A DNA stretch of 64,000 nucleotides, taken from positions 620,001 through 684,000 of the forward strand of contig JAUFOR010000002.1 in NCBI GenBank assembly GCA_040285745.1, read 5' to 3'. The position numbers and the translations under genes are program-made. Of this stretch, positions 21,601-30,771 are shown piece after piece. The notes under the pieces were generated by a model that made no database searches, had not been told where the DNA came from, and saw nothing but the letters and a program-made list of their open reading frames with translations. The first letter of the stretch is position 1; the number at the start of each line of letters is the position of its first letter. This DNA is from Barthelona sp. PCE (lineage: Eukaryota).

Positions 21601-24277
21601 TGAGATAGAAAACATCGTCAAACACATTTTGAAAAATAATTTCACCATTTATCACAACAGCCAACGAGAACGGATTTGTTTTGAGTGTGATTGCCAATGT
21701 AAACTCCTTGTTGGGACTAAATCTCTTTGCTATAGGAATAGGAAACTGTTTTTCACCATCCAATGATTTGCAGCATAAAAGTAACACAAAACGTTGAACA
21801 ATTAACACCATCTCAAAAGAATAGTTAATAAAATCACATTTAATGATTGGTAAATAAATATTCTCACTTGATATAATGTTTGAGTCAAAATAAATAAATG
21901 ATAGGAATAATGTGAGTTGACTGGTAAAGTTTAAACTTTCTGTACCAAACGTTACTGACTTACTTGGCTCCAAATACAAATACTGGTCCTGAGTCAACGT
22001 TGTTCTGTTGTAAGCATTTAATAAATGTGATAAAAACGAAGGAAAACAAAGTGAATTTTCAGTGAAATTATAAAGACGGAATAGTCGATTTGTATTGAGA
22101 TGGGATATACCATAGCAACACGCCATTGACAGCAGTCTCTGCACGATCACATTATCTTCAATGGATAACAGAGAATACAGACCATGGTTGGGAGCGAGAA
22201 TTACCATGGGAAATTCACTAATGTTGTTTGGTGAACACTGGAATTCTGTCAACGAAAGAAACTGATTGACTCTTGGTCTATTCTCACAAACAATACGTTG
22301 TGACATGTCAGGTCCGACGAATTCTAATGAAGAGAACAACCCCAACTGACATAATCCATTAATTATTACACAATCACTTTTAACAACAAAATTCAATAAT
22401 TTTGTTATGTTTTGGAGATCTTGCTCAGAGAAAGACTCGAAGAAAAGAAAATATACATTAAGTATAAGACAAACCCTTAACTGGGTCAATTCATCCGCCA
22501 AATCTATTGTATTTATGCAAAACGATGGGAAAATGATTTGCAAAACATGAGAAAGAAGTGTTGTGTTTGATTTAACATTCATAAAATAGTTGAAAAGTGG
22601 AAGAAATCGATGTAAATGATGGAGCGGAGTATGGCATTCAAGAAAGTTAATGTGAAATCCCTTTGATGAATATTCAAAACCGAATTCAGAATCATGATTT
22701 AAATTAAATTCTGGGATACATTCATTTCGTAAGAAAACATCGAAAAAAGAAGTGAGGATGTCAAGCAACATCGTAACATGTTTGTTTTCCTTTGAATCAA
22801 TGAGATAAAAAAGTTTCGAAAAAAGAAGATTGAAATGATCTTCTGACACAAAACAACTAAACTCACTCTCTTTTAAGATCCGATGGAAGCTTTCTAGATA
22901 GCATAGCGGCTCAAGATTAGATTGTGATATCTCATTAAAACAGAACTCAAAAAACTCATTGTATAAGCGTATGAACTTAGCTTTTAGCGCTGTCTCGTGG
23001 TCGGGTAGCAATTGGTAACCCTGATAGAATACTAGCAAAGAGCTGTTTATAGAAAATAGAAACAGTAAGTTATCAAGGGAAAGTTGAGGATAATTAAACG
23101 CTACTATTTGGTCAATGAGTATGTTCTCGAGCTCAATGAACGTATCGTAGTACCTAGAAATCGAATTGTAATGCCTAAAAAAGAAGAAAATAAAATCAAC
23201 CGAGGAGTGGAATTCTTGATTATCCAGCAATTGTCGAACAAATATGCTGTATACGGCGTCGTGGGTCTCCAATCCCCTCACACGAGACAGAGATTCAAGC
23301 AATGAATTTTTTTGAAAAGTATAAAAGAAGAACTGGAAAATTTCAAGATCATCAATCTTGCTCTTCATCAACAAGAAATCAAATACTGATTCGTCCAGCT
23401 TGGCAACATCATTTATATGCTTAAAGATGGTAAGTAAATCCATTTTTTCGAAAAAACCTTCAAAATCAGTGCGGTGCACCAAACAGCGATAGAATTCATC
23501 TGTTGCAATTGGCTTACTAATCTGCAACCCAATAAAAAGATACATGAATGTTCTCTTATTCAAAGTGATATCGGTGGAAAAAACAAACTCAATAAATGAA
23601 GTGTTTTTTGTTTTCTCAAAGAAAATATGATAACCTTTGTCAAGGAGGCTGGAACTCTCTATGGCTTCAATGAAAGAAGTAAGGAAACTATCCTTAAAGA
23701 AAAAATTGAAATTTAGAGAATTGAACATTTGGCTGAACGCAGGAAAGTTTTGCTTCATAATTTGAATCAACAGAGAGAACAGATACGATCTGAGCGCCTC
23801 TATACTCTTCTCTGTATCAGACAACTCAAAAGTTAATTCATTCAACTGAAGTACGCAATTAACCTCATCCTCAGCAAAATCATTGGATATGTAGTGCGCT
23901 ATGAGTTCGACAAGCGTGTCTACAACAGGGGCATCAAGCAAATGTAAAATACCAAAGAGAAATGAACTTAAAAGAAATGATTTTTCATCAATTACAGATT
24001 TAAAAAGGTTTAGCCCTCTTATATGCTTGCATGTGAGATGAAAAGAGTTCAGAAATTCAACAACACTGCCCTCAATATCTTTTAGAATGGTAAAATCATC
24101 ACATAGTGTGTTTCTAACGATTTCCTTCACGGTATTGTATGCGTCAATCCCAAGGCAAACATTTCTAACATCAAACAGTTCGATATCATCTCCGCATTTC
24201 TGCAGATCTTCAACAAGCTGCTCGAACGAGCTGTCAATACATAAAGAGTCAAAAAGGATAATTGGATCCTCACCCAT
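15653..24277 (-). CDS. BEACH domain protein (PH-BEACH-WD40; LYST/neurobeachin/Lvs family), divergent
   Basis: PH segment RRYQSRNTAFEVFF. BEACH motifs NRRSERSFMD...FVFPVVL, FQGGKLDAPSRQLNSV, DVELPLWS, LSPWLDLIFGVNSRG...NIYHP. C-terminal WD-like repeats. First ATG at 24277. Confidence 0.9.
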   Translation of the reverse strand: MGEDPIILFDSLCIDSSFEQLVEDLQKCGDDIELFDVRNVCLGIDAYNTVKEIVRNTLCDDFTILKDIEGSVVEFLNSFHLTCKHIRGLNLFKSVIDEKSFLLSSFLFGILHLLDAPVVDTLVELIAHYISNDFAEDEVNCVLQLNELTFELSDTEKSIEALRSYLFSLLIQIMKQNFPAFSQMFNSLNFNFFFKDSFLTSFIEAIESSSLLDKGYHIFFEKTKNTSFIEFVFSTDITLNKRTFMYLFIGLQISKPIATDEFYRCLVHRTDFEGFFEKMDLLTIFKHINDVAKLDESVFDFLLMKSKIDDLEIFQFFFYTFQKNSLLESLSRVRGLETHDAVYSIFVRQLLDNQEFHSSVDFIFFFFRHYNSISRYYDTFIELENILIDQIVAFNYPQLSLDNLLFLFSINSSLLVFYQGYQLLPDHETALKAKFIRLYNEFFEFCFNEISQSNLEPLCYLESFHRILKESEFSCFVSEDHFNLLFSKLFYLIDSKENKHVTMLLDILTSFFDVFLRNECIPEFNLNHDSEFGFEYSSKGFHINFLECHTPLHHLHRFLPLFNYFMNVKSNTTLLSHVLQIIFPSFCINTIDLADELTQLRVCLILNVYFLFFESFSEQDLQNITKLLNFVVKSDCVIINGLCQLGLFSSLEFVGPDMSQRIVCENRPRVNQFLSLTEFQCSPNNISEFPMVILAPNHGLYSLLSIEDNVIVQRLLSMACCYGISHLNTNRLFRLYNFTENSLCFPSFLSHLLNAYNRTTLTQDQYLYLEPSKSVTFGTESLNFTSQLTLFLSFIYFDSNIISSENIYLPIIKCDFINYSFEMVLIVQRFVLLLCCKSLDGEKQFPIPIAKRFSPNKEFTLAITLKTNPFSLAVVINGEIIFQNVFDDVFYLNDPHIATHHSINNSTEITINPNIYPVLPEHTNDNVEKRWLLKNLLISPDFSLDYCLKLSDMNDMYLSNFLNIPRSFTLLFFIKNQSLLVNSVNSMFQGKKDDTVHCLDNKDAHVVDMLGFFDVSFIISNLSTVLHLLYVNSNDITSYRCLELLFRLPEVKDHLLRDNNRHIMSEMLFPITADRKGVFDLTLDHLQCFLSILGINYTLETLERLCDMECNVKKELLRLSTHSSSINIELMNTFFSSSYLLSCTTLLDDLDYSSTIFTHRIGFFNSLTIFTLLSSTVSTKLRNEDVILPILQGFTSGTVTHVHPHVAKSLIFFVRRFFPKTLKNLTRILQFLTDMTVVLEIEHPDECFMIEILENENLFTSSILSKYTIRQSSRFGFHFFRYVFLNNLRSILSEKRKFLNEEQISLLYNHIFINCLRENMYVQGEYAKIALFLKPEFIAAFTLGDYISLLDKITKNVFITKDFINMFCINCLENKSEDFPIFAKELNEILGGLGKVSGYKPQQVENKSENEDKAIKLDFDILDLYYNLFSTQMVYLRISINDQCKFEYYLDCYLSLIIRSCILLKFEHFSIMDNNTPLISLSKQNFSIFKLKCIKNLIFSVMRAYDIIFELYQLSDSNSENSRLMQILSIDSTLCFHFEMLCSIVDLAITTFDSIDEWLDHFFDYFHLTTTVCTFTRTFTNSIVRKLFDIIIHSVLRPERKSFLLSIKNVHTLLALVTRTLFEQINTPNDATKVELGFYDFLYHNVANAPYNYCDFCDALIHLIQHNVIDLLKHNIANEVAKTHIYPFRKPKVFPNNNTDIDPSQSWSNELTKNNQLLSILTILKKIIFLNLYIVQQQDFFDLENNFNIKLSVRKLIKRLFSKASVFFKMISELTEFLKAFLYFMECILAKSYYTLTKLGRDKLENRKLKTQQIIDIFFSHVDILFDKGIFESYELMEFMDDLGAREDITLKQTFFLAKKYKLVFSKNIPIDFFDLIIKPLFESIKDTDRDEKIHTYCYQNISSIWTLVIQLFNESKFKKSLARSTSKDVAKLILRNFKKKFAFPTAKTRIRPLQRVKKRNQGLKKVMIPSSILHFNLGSHLNFRVPNDFPDDSELARSHMHSTEEPDIKSIFLTDELFCDFRSIAKDWLDVFEHEVLLSETNALYLTEGTESYQKVWNAKQQRILDLCLAQIMNASPICDPTVLRTVHQMRGLSSLFSSVKNSFLVYNDANRFYPTPQWELLPLSKHSGTFQRFFATLSPAVTPFLRQPELMTDPIDIKHTKELPDIALNLKKISLRFEHEVIKATVIMRHRSICGTLFANDEEFMFIPNDLSLSTLGHCSLFTKDDVKTVEPRRYQSRNTAFEVFFTSGYSLLLSFYDAGREAFTTISKLSIFMIRKKPVQTEEKSNFNSLMVYNRRSERSFMDRGRGFVFPVVLSNAIDTNELREMTKVMGAITHEPNVWEWNWDIRGEMINYQVPSEFDSYYFSNCYCPSSLLLHYYGRMLPFIDDQIMFQGGKLDAPSRQLNSVRRLTTAAKHGMFEADPLLFYNPEVLMNFNSVIFDVKNSNYSFDVELPLWSENNSRLFVSRHAQLLNCLDLSPWLDLIFGVNSRGQNAKKNINIYHPICYDDFDIDDVAKDEGIREIMHHESNNYGTVPKKIFDKPVRRQSVVPKHFSKENSLNALLYPQYYKCNIRFLKSVYRYSNKTHQIISHDENAFSHLVVEQGLLWLVNCDTKANVVTDRTLLKVVRANLEKVLYISEYIIAMTKMMLHKYNFNTKTLETILLQSMYFDSEIVGVKHVTDWDLLIVVCADGLLSTIDFNTFKLVKQTQLSQLHRFLSFTTAQLVDFTVTCIDVCQRNGDIVVVTKLGEQSSLTLLSLNLRHIKTISTHIYSFAMVHDFDTNVEDYDIIVTGTKTGRIAVYSTEKLQELFIFNLGTQLMGDHWINYISIHQNRLVRCFTKSVMLEFQLETNHVEKGSIRRRVMRQFDRKYVL

Positions 24278-24339
24278 AATAACTACCCATATTAAAAACA
24301 ATGGGAAGAATTAAAGTATGTGAAAATGAGGATAATTTA

Positions 24340-27300
24340 TTAACAAGCTATTGCTTTATATTGGAACTGCTTATCGGGGTAATCTACGTCAGGTTCGACA
24401 ATGAGTTGATGTGAAAAATCATTAGATGTATCACAAACAAAAAATGAAAAAAAGAGTAGCTTGTTAGTATTACGACATTTGTGTAAATTAAGTGTATACA
24501 CCATTTTCAGCTCACAATTAAGCTCAAAGAAATCGCAAATTACAATGAATCCATTATCATCTGTTGTAAAAAACCCTAAACGGATCATATTGTCTGAAGA
24601 ACTTAAAACAACTGCTTTTCTGAAGTTAACTCCTACATCTTCATCAATATCAAGTCGGCAGAACCCGCCGTTCACTGTGTCTATTACTATTACTACTGAT
24701 CTATGATGATTAATTGCCAAAATACAGAAAAAGTATTGATTATGGCATTCTGAAACAGTCACCATTACCAAGTCCCCGCTGGAGGTATTCAGCACATCAC
24801 ACAGGTCCTGAGAAAAAATTAATTCGTTGACAGAAATATTGTATATAAGCAAGGTGTGATTGCACCCAAAAACACCATATATCTGTCCCTGATCGTAACA
24901 AATGTTATGGTGGTGGGGGATGTCGGGAAGAAATATCTGCTGCATGTCTTTGCAATAAATAAACGTTGCACCGCGGAAGTAAAAATCCAAAAGTGGAGAT
25001 TTGTTCTCAGACAAGACAGTTTTTAACATAAAATCATTATCATTTGTAGTAGAATCAACAGGGACATAATGAATAACAGTGCTACTGATGATTGAATCGT
25101 AGCAAGACTTGAAATATACTCTGTATCCTGTGAAAGCGTTAGGAAACTCCTTTAACTGCATTTTGCGCAAAGGATATAGATCGGTAAACGAAGATATATC
25201 ATATATCGTGACGTTTGGGCTAAGCACAGAAAAACATTTCTTATTGGTCTCGGTATATTTGCTTAGATTAAGGGATTCCTTAAAGTATATATGAATGAAT
25301 GAATCGAAAGTGTACCTACGTAGTCTTAGCTCAAATTCTACAATATCAGAAGCAGTAAAAACTGATACATTCCGTTTTTGATGTGGCAAACTTACATGCG
25401 TTAGCTTATGCTTAGCACGCTGCTTAAAAGATCCTCCTAAAGCATAAGTTGACAGAAGCTTGACTACAACTGCGTCACTGTCATAAGTATGAGAATCAAA
25501 CCGAGCACTATATATAGATTCAGTTAAAAATCTTAGTTTAATATCAGTATCTGTAAAAACATTCATAAATTCATTAAATATGGCTGTTGGTAATACAATA
25601 CTGTCCTTCAGATCTCGATACACAGAAGGCTGGACTCGTGCATGGCTATCACTTACAGCATCAGTGAAAGAGAAATGTTTTCCGAATCTAAAATGCAAAA
25701 GCGATTGTGGAAGGAAATCAAAAGATTCTTGCTTGACATTAATGTGTTGAAACGTATCTTGACAAAAAATAAATAAAGAATTCAAATCATACTTGTCTAT
25801 CTGTTCCGATAGAGCACTACGAGTCTCTCTATCAAAAAATAGTCGAATTGTTGCATTGTAAAACTCACGATGACTGGTCATAAACTCCTTATACCAGTTC
25901 CAGACCTGGTTGATATTCAGTAGCATAGAATTGTCACTGTTGTTCATTTCTGACAAAATTGAGTTGTATTTATCAGCAAACTCTCTGAGATTTTCGTCTT
26001 TTTCACTGGAGTTGAATATATCATCAAATGAATAACCCATTGTTGTGAGTTTGCGGGTCATAACCTCCTGATACAACATTAACCGATCGTTATTGAAAAG
26101 AACGCTGAAAATAATAAAGGAACAATATTTCTCCAAAGCTAAAAAGAAGAGAATAAATGTTATACTGTCTTCGTTGAACAGAAGATCAAAGAAACCATGG
26201 TTTTCCAAAGTAAACAATAAGAAACGCGGTAAAGAAAAGAATGAAGAAACAAAAAATCGCAACTTGTTCTTCATATTCTTCACAAAATTCAAATTGACAG
26301 GGGTAATGTGCATTCCGTTCAAAAAACCACAAAAAATTACACTGATAAATTCATTGAACAGTGTTAAAAAGTTCTTTCTAAAATTTTTTTTTTGATTTAG
26401 AGATTTAATATTATAAACAGGATCAAATCCAGTGTTTTGGGCAATATGGTCAACGTTTTCATACAAAATCAGTTCAAGAATTGTAACATTTCCGTTGTTT
26501 GAAGAAAAACAAAATGTGTTGGAAGAATTTGTAAAATTCATTGTTTTCTCATTAAAGAGATTAAATAACGTGAACAACAACTGTAGCGTCTCAAAAAATC
26601 GTTCCTGCAAGGAATTAGTATGAACAAAACTTGTTTTTAATGTGTGATAATCTTCAACTGTGGAAAACTTATTAGTGAAATAGAAAGATTCCAATAGACA
26701 TCCGAAAACCAGCAGCAAACTATCAGCATGTAACACTAACACTCTAAAATCAACGTTATTAACCAAAGAACTTGCAAACGAGATTAAAAATGATTGGTAG
26801 TTAATTAAGGCATAACACTGGTTATCCAATGGGTGAATACCATCAATCTTGTGTTGCAAATAATTATTAAGTCGCTTAAAAATCTGAACAAAATTAAAAA
26901 CATTACTAAAAAACAATGTGTTAAATAATGTGATCAAGAAGGAAGAAAAGAAGTCAACAATATCCTTTAGTAGTGTACTTTTGGGATGTTCTTGTACGTT
27001 GATAGATAATAAGATGTATGAATAGATCATATCTTTGAGCAAATCGAAATCAAAAAAATCAATTATTGATAACTGCACACCAGTCTTATTAATGTTATAT
27101 CCAAGCTTTTCTTTGACGAACAAAATCGAAACAGTGTACTGAAACTCAAAAGCCAAAACACAAACACTGCAAAATGTATTGTTAAGAAAAGACATATTTA
27201 ACTCAGAAAGTCTCAGTGATTGTTTGAATAAAGACTTTGTTGCGCGCAAGAACCCCTTGAAGAACGGCTTACGGAACCCATAACTTGATGAAGAATGATT

Positions 27301-30300
27301 GCAAATTGAAGAAACTAGAATATCATCATACTGTAATTCAAATTCATTAGGACTTATAGAAGAATGAAAATCTATTAATGGGAGCCATTGGTGCTTTTCA
27401 AGAAAGAAAAATGCATATAGAAGAGTAAAAGTAATGTCTTGATTGTTGAAGAATAATTCACTCTTGTTAAGTATATAAAAAACATTGTGGCCATTTTTTT
27501 GAAAGTGTAAGTTAAACTCTTTGTTCTGCCTGATGATGAGAAGGATCATTAAAATTTCATTCATTAAATGCTTTTCATAATTCAAGTTAAAATATAAGGT
27601 ATTGATCATTCTAGAAAAATCTTTTTCGCCAGACGTTATCAATAACCTATTACTTAAAAGCAACGATTTGCACAAGATTTTTATGGTTTGACGTTTGAAA
27701 TATATATAACCAGGACTTATTTTAACACCTGCTTTTGGAAATGATCTAGTATCGGCTAAAATCTCAAAAAAGAATCTTTGAAGGGCTACATCATCACAAT
27801 TGTATGCCATGGCTGTGAGAAACATAGATACCTTTTCTGCTAACTCCATTGATAAACATAAGTCAGTGAAAAAAAAATGTAAAGTAAAATGGTGAAAAGC
27901 GTTCAATTCTCTAAGCATGTGTAAATTCACCTTATTGTGTTTGATATTTTCTGTAAGACGTGAAAAGAAATCAACTAAGAAAGAGTGGAAATTTTTCTGA
28001 AAAAATGAAAAGTTGTGTATCAACAAATCAAAATAATCATTTAATATTAACTGCCTCTTATCTCTCAATCCAATCATGCTCACAAGACTCTCGTATTCCT
28101 CATGTGTGGGATTCTCACAGACAAGTATAAGCTTAATACATGAACCGATTAAATTCAAACCATTACCAAAGCTCAAGATAAAACTCCTAAACGTTGATAC
28201 CTGCATGAAGCATGCTAATACATGCAAATCTTTGTTAACACAAAGCCTATCATCATTGACATTTTCCCATAAAACCTTCATCATCCTTCTGATGAAAAAA
28301 ATATTATACTCGTTGTGACAGAATCGTGAAAGATGAAATCTAGAATTAGGTACATGGGTTTTAAACTGATCTATAACATTACAAGAAAGTGAATTTTTTT
28401 CGGAAATTTCTTGTTGACACACTAAACATCCATTACCATCTATTAAACCAGTAGTTTTGTGAGAAAAGTTATTAACACTAAATAGAAGTGAGGAAAATGA
28501 GGAATTTTTTCCATTTCCTAATAAGTATGAAGTTGAATGATAAAAAATTTCAGATTGTGATCTTACATTAAAGAAATCAAACGGTGACAATGGTAAATGG
28601 AAACAAATTTCTTTATCAAAACGATCAGAAATCATAGTAACCATTTTTTTTGTGATATTCAGAATTAGACCAATTTGAACAAGACCAGGGGTCAGAGATA
28701 TATTTTCAGATACATATTCTCTTCCATCAACTTGTACAGAAAATTCATTCTTTGACATAAGCAATGATAACTCAAGCTTAGCATTAAACTGCATAAAGAG
28801 CTCAATTGTGTCGGACATGAACGGATTGAACCGTACTACACACCTGAACACTGTGGCTTCGTATGTTTCATGCGCTGGGAAATTTTGATAAAACAGTGTA
28901 TTGCTGCAACGTGTATAATATTCACTAATTGAGTTAACCTGACATGTACTATCATTAAATAACTTAACAATGTCACTGTGAGAGATTATTTCTACTTCAT
29001 AAAGTTTCCAGATATGCTGACAAAGAGTTGAAGAAGCTTTATGATTAGAAATCAATAACAAACATTTTAGAAGGTGAGAGTTCAGTAAATCGCAACTAAA
29101 AATACTTGTGATATCTTTAATACTTTCAAAAGGTTCAAGATTACTAATTTTGAGAATAATTTCTGGACTATTATTTAAAAAATCCAAAAAATCCAAAAAG
29201 AAGTTATTGAAGCTATTGTTCTTGCTTGAAATACACTGAAACATAAAAAGCATATAGTTATAAACCTCAATGATTGACCAATTTTCAATGGATCTTTGGT
29301 TAAGAATCGATTCAAAAACAACCAGCTCTTCATTATTTGTGATGTCAAAAACTGATAAAAGGCAATCAAAAACACAGTGAGATGTTGGAAAAAAACAAGT
29401 TATATCAATTAGATACAGACAATTATGGAAAAATTCAAAAAAAATTGTTTTGTGTTTGTTACGGTGGAAATTTCCAGATCTAAGAATAGGAACAACGTAT
29501 ACTTCCGCTATACATCGAATATCTACCTGACTTAACAATGTTTCCAATATATTACTCCTCATATTAGTAAAAATATTAGCAAAATACTCAAACAAAGCTT
29601 CATTGTTATCTATTTCATTTGAACTAACAGAAATGTATAAAAGGTGGATTAAAGCAAGGAAATGAAGGTTACTTAATTCAATAATCTCTAAAAAATTTTG
29701 AAAAACTTTATGATAAACAATCTGTCGTTTTTTAAAAACTTTTAACAATTCGTTTGAAAAGGGAAATAATGATCTATTCAATAATTCCAACAATATCTCA
29801 TCTATTTCACTGCTTTCCCATGCTACTTCGTTGTTGTTAAAAGTAGGAAACAATAGAAATATGTTAAATCTTGAGGTATCAAATTCTGTTAACAACATAT
29901 GAAAAAATTCATAATTGTTCAATAGAGAACTGTTATTTTTTAGAACAGCATTGAGAAAGTCTAATGCTAACATTGAAAACTTTAAGGTTTTGAGGAGTTT
30001 CAAAAATTTTATAATACTGTCTTGATCAAATACGACATTTTCAGAATTGCTACCATCTAAGAAGCTTAATAAGTATATTTTTAGGAATGATTTAACATTA
30101 TTAATGCTAAACTTTTCAATAAAAATTTCAGAAGTAAGAATTTCTACAAGGAAAGAAAAAAAAATTGTCTTTCTATCGCAATCAGCAAATAATTTCAGCA
30201 TTTTCTCAAACATAAAGTGGCGGTACACATACTCCTCGGTATTATGAAGAGCTATTTCAAGAGAAACCTGAAGAAGTATATGGTATGCATCGTCTGATGC

Positions 30301-30447
30301 ATTTTCATCACCTTTGATTGTAGAAGCGACATCAGTGAAGAAATCATCAGCCCTACTAACCCAAACATCAACAAAACTTTGAACTGCATCGAAATCAGGA
30401 TTTTGTGCTAAGCTAGAAAAGATAGCAGCTGAATACACGCTATCCAT
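24340..30447 (-). CDS. ~2035-aa AT-rich protein, probable divergent tandem paralogue of the adjacent BEACH gene lacking recognisable BEACH motifs
   Basis: Uninterrupted 6.1-kb ORF. Shares the motif LPQSLLHFRFGKHFSF...DSHAR...DLKDSIVLPTAIFNEF with the neighbour's IPSSILHFNLGSHLNF...DSELAR...DIKSIFLTDELFCDF. First ATG at 30447. Confidence 0.6.
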   Translation of the reverse strand: MDSVYSAAIFSSLAQNPDFDAVQSFVDVWVSRADDFFTDVASTIKGDENASDDAYHILLQVSLEIALHNTEEYVYRHFMFEKMLKLFADCDRKTIFFSFLVEILTSEIFIEKFSINNVKSFLKIYLLSFLDGSNSENVVFDQDSIIKFLKLLKTLKFSMLALDFLNAVLKNNSSLLNNYEFFHMLLTEFDTSRFNIFLLFPTFNNNEVAWESSEIDEILLELLNRSLFPFSNELLKVFKKRQIVYHKVFQNFLEIIELSNLHFLALIHLLYISVSSNEIDNNEALFEYFANIFTNMRSNILETLLSQVDIRCIAEVYVVPILRSGNFHRNKHKTIFFEFFHNCLYLIDITCFFPTSHCVFDCLLSVFDITNNEELVVFESILNQRSIENWSIIEVYNYMLFMFQCISSKNNSFNNFFLDFLDFLNNSPEIILKISNLEPFESIKDITSIFSCDLLNSHLLKCLLLISNHKASSTLCQHIWKLYEVEIISHSDIVKLFNDSTCQVNSISEYYTRCSNTLFYQNFPAHETYEATVFRCVVRFNPFMSDTIELFMQFNAKLELSLLMSKNEFSVQVDGREYVSENISLTPGLVQIGLILNITKKMVTMISDRFDKEICFHLPLSPFDFFNVRSQSEIFYHSTSYLLGNGKNSSFSSLLFSVNNFSHKTTGLIDGNGCLVCQQEISEKNSLSCNVIDQFKTHVPNSRFHLSRFCHNEYNIFFIRRMMKVLWENVNDDRLCVNKDLHVLACFMQVSTFRSFILSFGNGLNLIGSCIKLILVCENPTHEEYESLVSMIGLRDKRQLILNDYFDLLIHNFSFFQKNFHSFLVDFFSRLTENIKHNKVNLHMLRELNAFHHFTLHFFFTDLCLSMELAEKVSMFLTAMAYNCDDVALQRFFFEILADTRSFPKAGVKISPGYIYFKRQTIKILCKSLLLSNRLLITSGEKDFSRMINTLYFNLNYEKHLMNEILMILLIIRQNKEFNLHFQKNGHNVFYILNKSELFFNNQDITFTLLYAFFFLEKHQWLPLIDFHSSISPNEFELQYDDILVSSICNHSSSSYGFRKPFFKGFLRATKSLFKQSLRLSELNMSFLNNTFCSVCVLAFEFQYTVSILFVKEKLGYNINKTGVQLSIIDFFDFDLLKDMIYSYILLSINVQEHPKSTLLKDIVDFFSSFLITLFNTLFFSNVFNFVQIFKRLNNYLQHKIDGIHPLDNQCYALINYQSFLISFASSLVNNVDFRVLVLHADSLLLVFGCLLESFYFTNKFSTVEDYHTLKTSFVHTNSLQERFFETLQLLFTLFNLFNEKTMNFTNSSNTFCFSSNNGNVTILELILYENVDHIAQNTGFDPVYNIKSLNQKKNFRKNFLTLFNEFISVIFCGFLNGMHITPVNLNFVKNMKNKLRFFVSSFFSLPRFLLFTLENHGFFDLLFNEDSITFILFFLALEKYCSFIIFSVLFNNDRLMLYQEVMTRKLTTMGYSFDDIFNSSEKDENLREFADKYNSILSEMNNSDNSMLLNINQVWNWYKEFMTSHREFYNATIRLFFDRETRSALSEQIDKYDLNSLFIFCQDTFQHINVKQESFDFLPQSLLHFRFGKHFSFTDAVSDSHARVQPSVYRDLKDSIVLPTAIFNEFMNVFTDTDIKLRFLTESIYSARFDSHTYDSDAVVVKLLSTYALGGSFKQRAKHKLTHVSLPHQKRNVSVFTASDIVEFELRLRRYTFDSFIHIYFKESLNLSKYTETNKKCFSVLSPNVTIYDISSFTDLYPLRKMQLKEFPNAFTGYRVYFKSCYDSIISSTVIHYVPVDSTTNDNDFMLKTVLSENKSPLLDFYFRGATFIYCKDMQQIFLPDIPHHHNICYDQGQIYGVFGCNHTLLIYNISVNELIFSQDLCDVLNTSSGDLVMVTVSECHNQYFFCILAINHHRSVVIVIDTVNGGFCRLDIDEDVGVNFRKAVVLSSSDNMIRLGFFTTDDNGFIVICDFFELNCELKMVYTLNLHKCRNTNKLLFFSFFVCDTSNDFSHQLIVEPDVDYPDKQFQYKAIAC

Positions 30448-30771
30448 GTGTTTAAACGATAAACTCTTCAAATTAAGAGCATGGAATGAGGTTTAAAAGT
30501 ATTTTCAATGTGCAAACACAATTTCAACTGTTTTTAATTTTGAAGTCTTTAGGAAGATATAATTTGGTATACAGTCACAAATTGCCCAAAGTATGAAACA
30601 ATTAATAAGCTCTTAATGGAACACTCACGAATTTAGCCTTGTTCATTGCATTTTGTGGTTTATTTGTCTTGTAAATAGAAATACTTTAAGCACATCATAG
30701 GGTCTGAGAGAATAAAAATTTGTAATATTCTTCTTTAAAGTATATTTCCTTTTACACTTTATTAAACTAAA

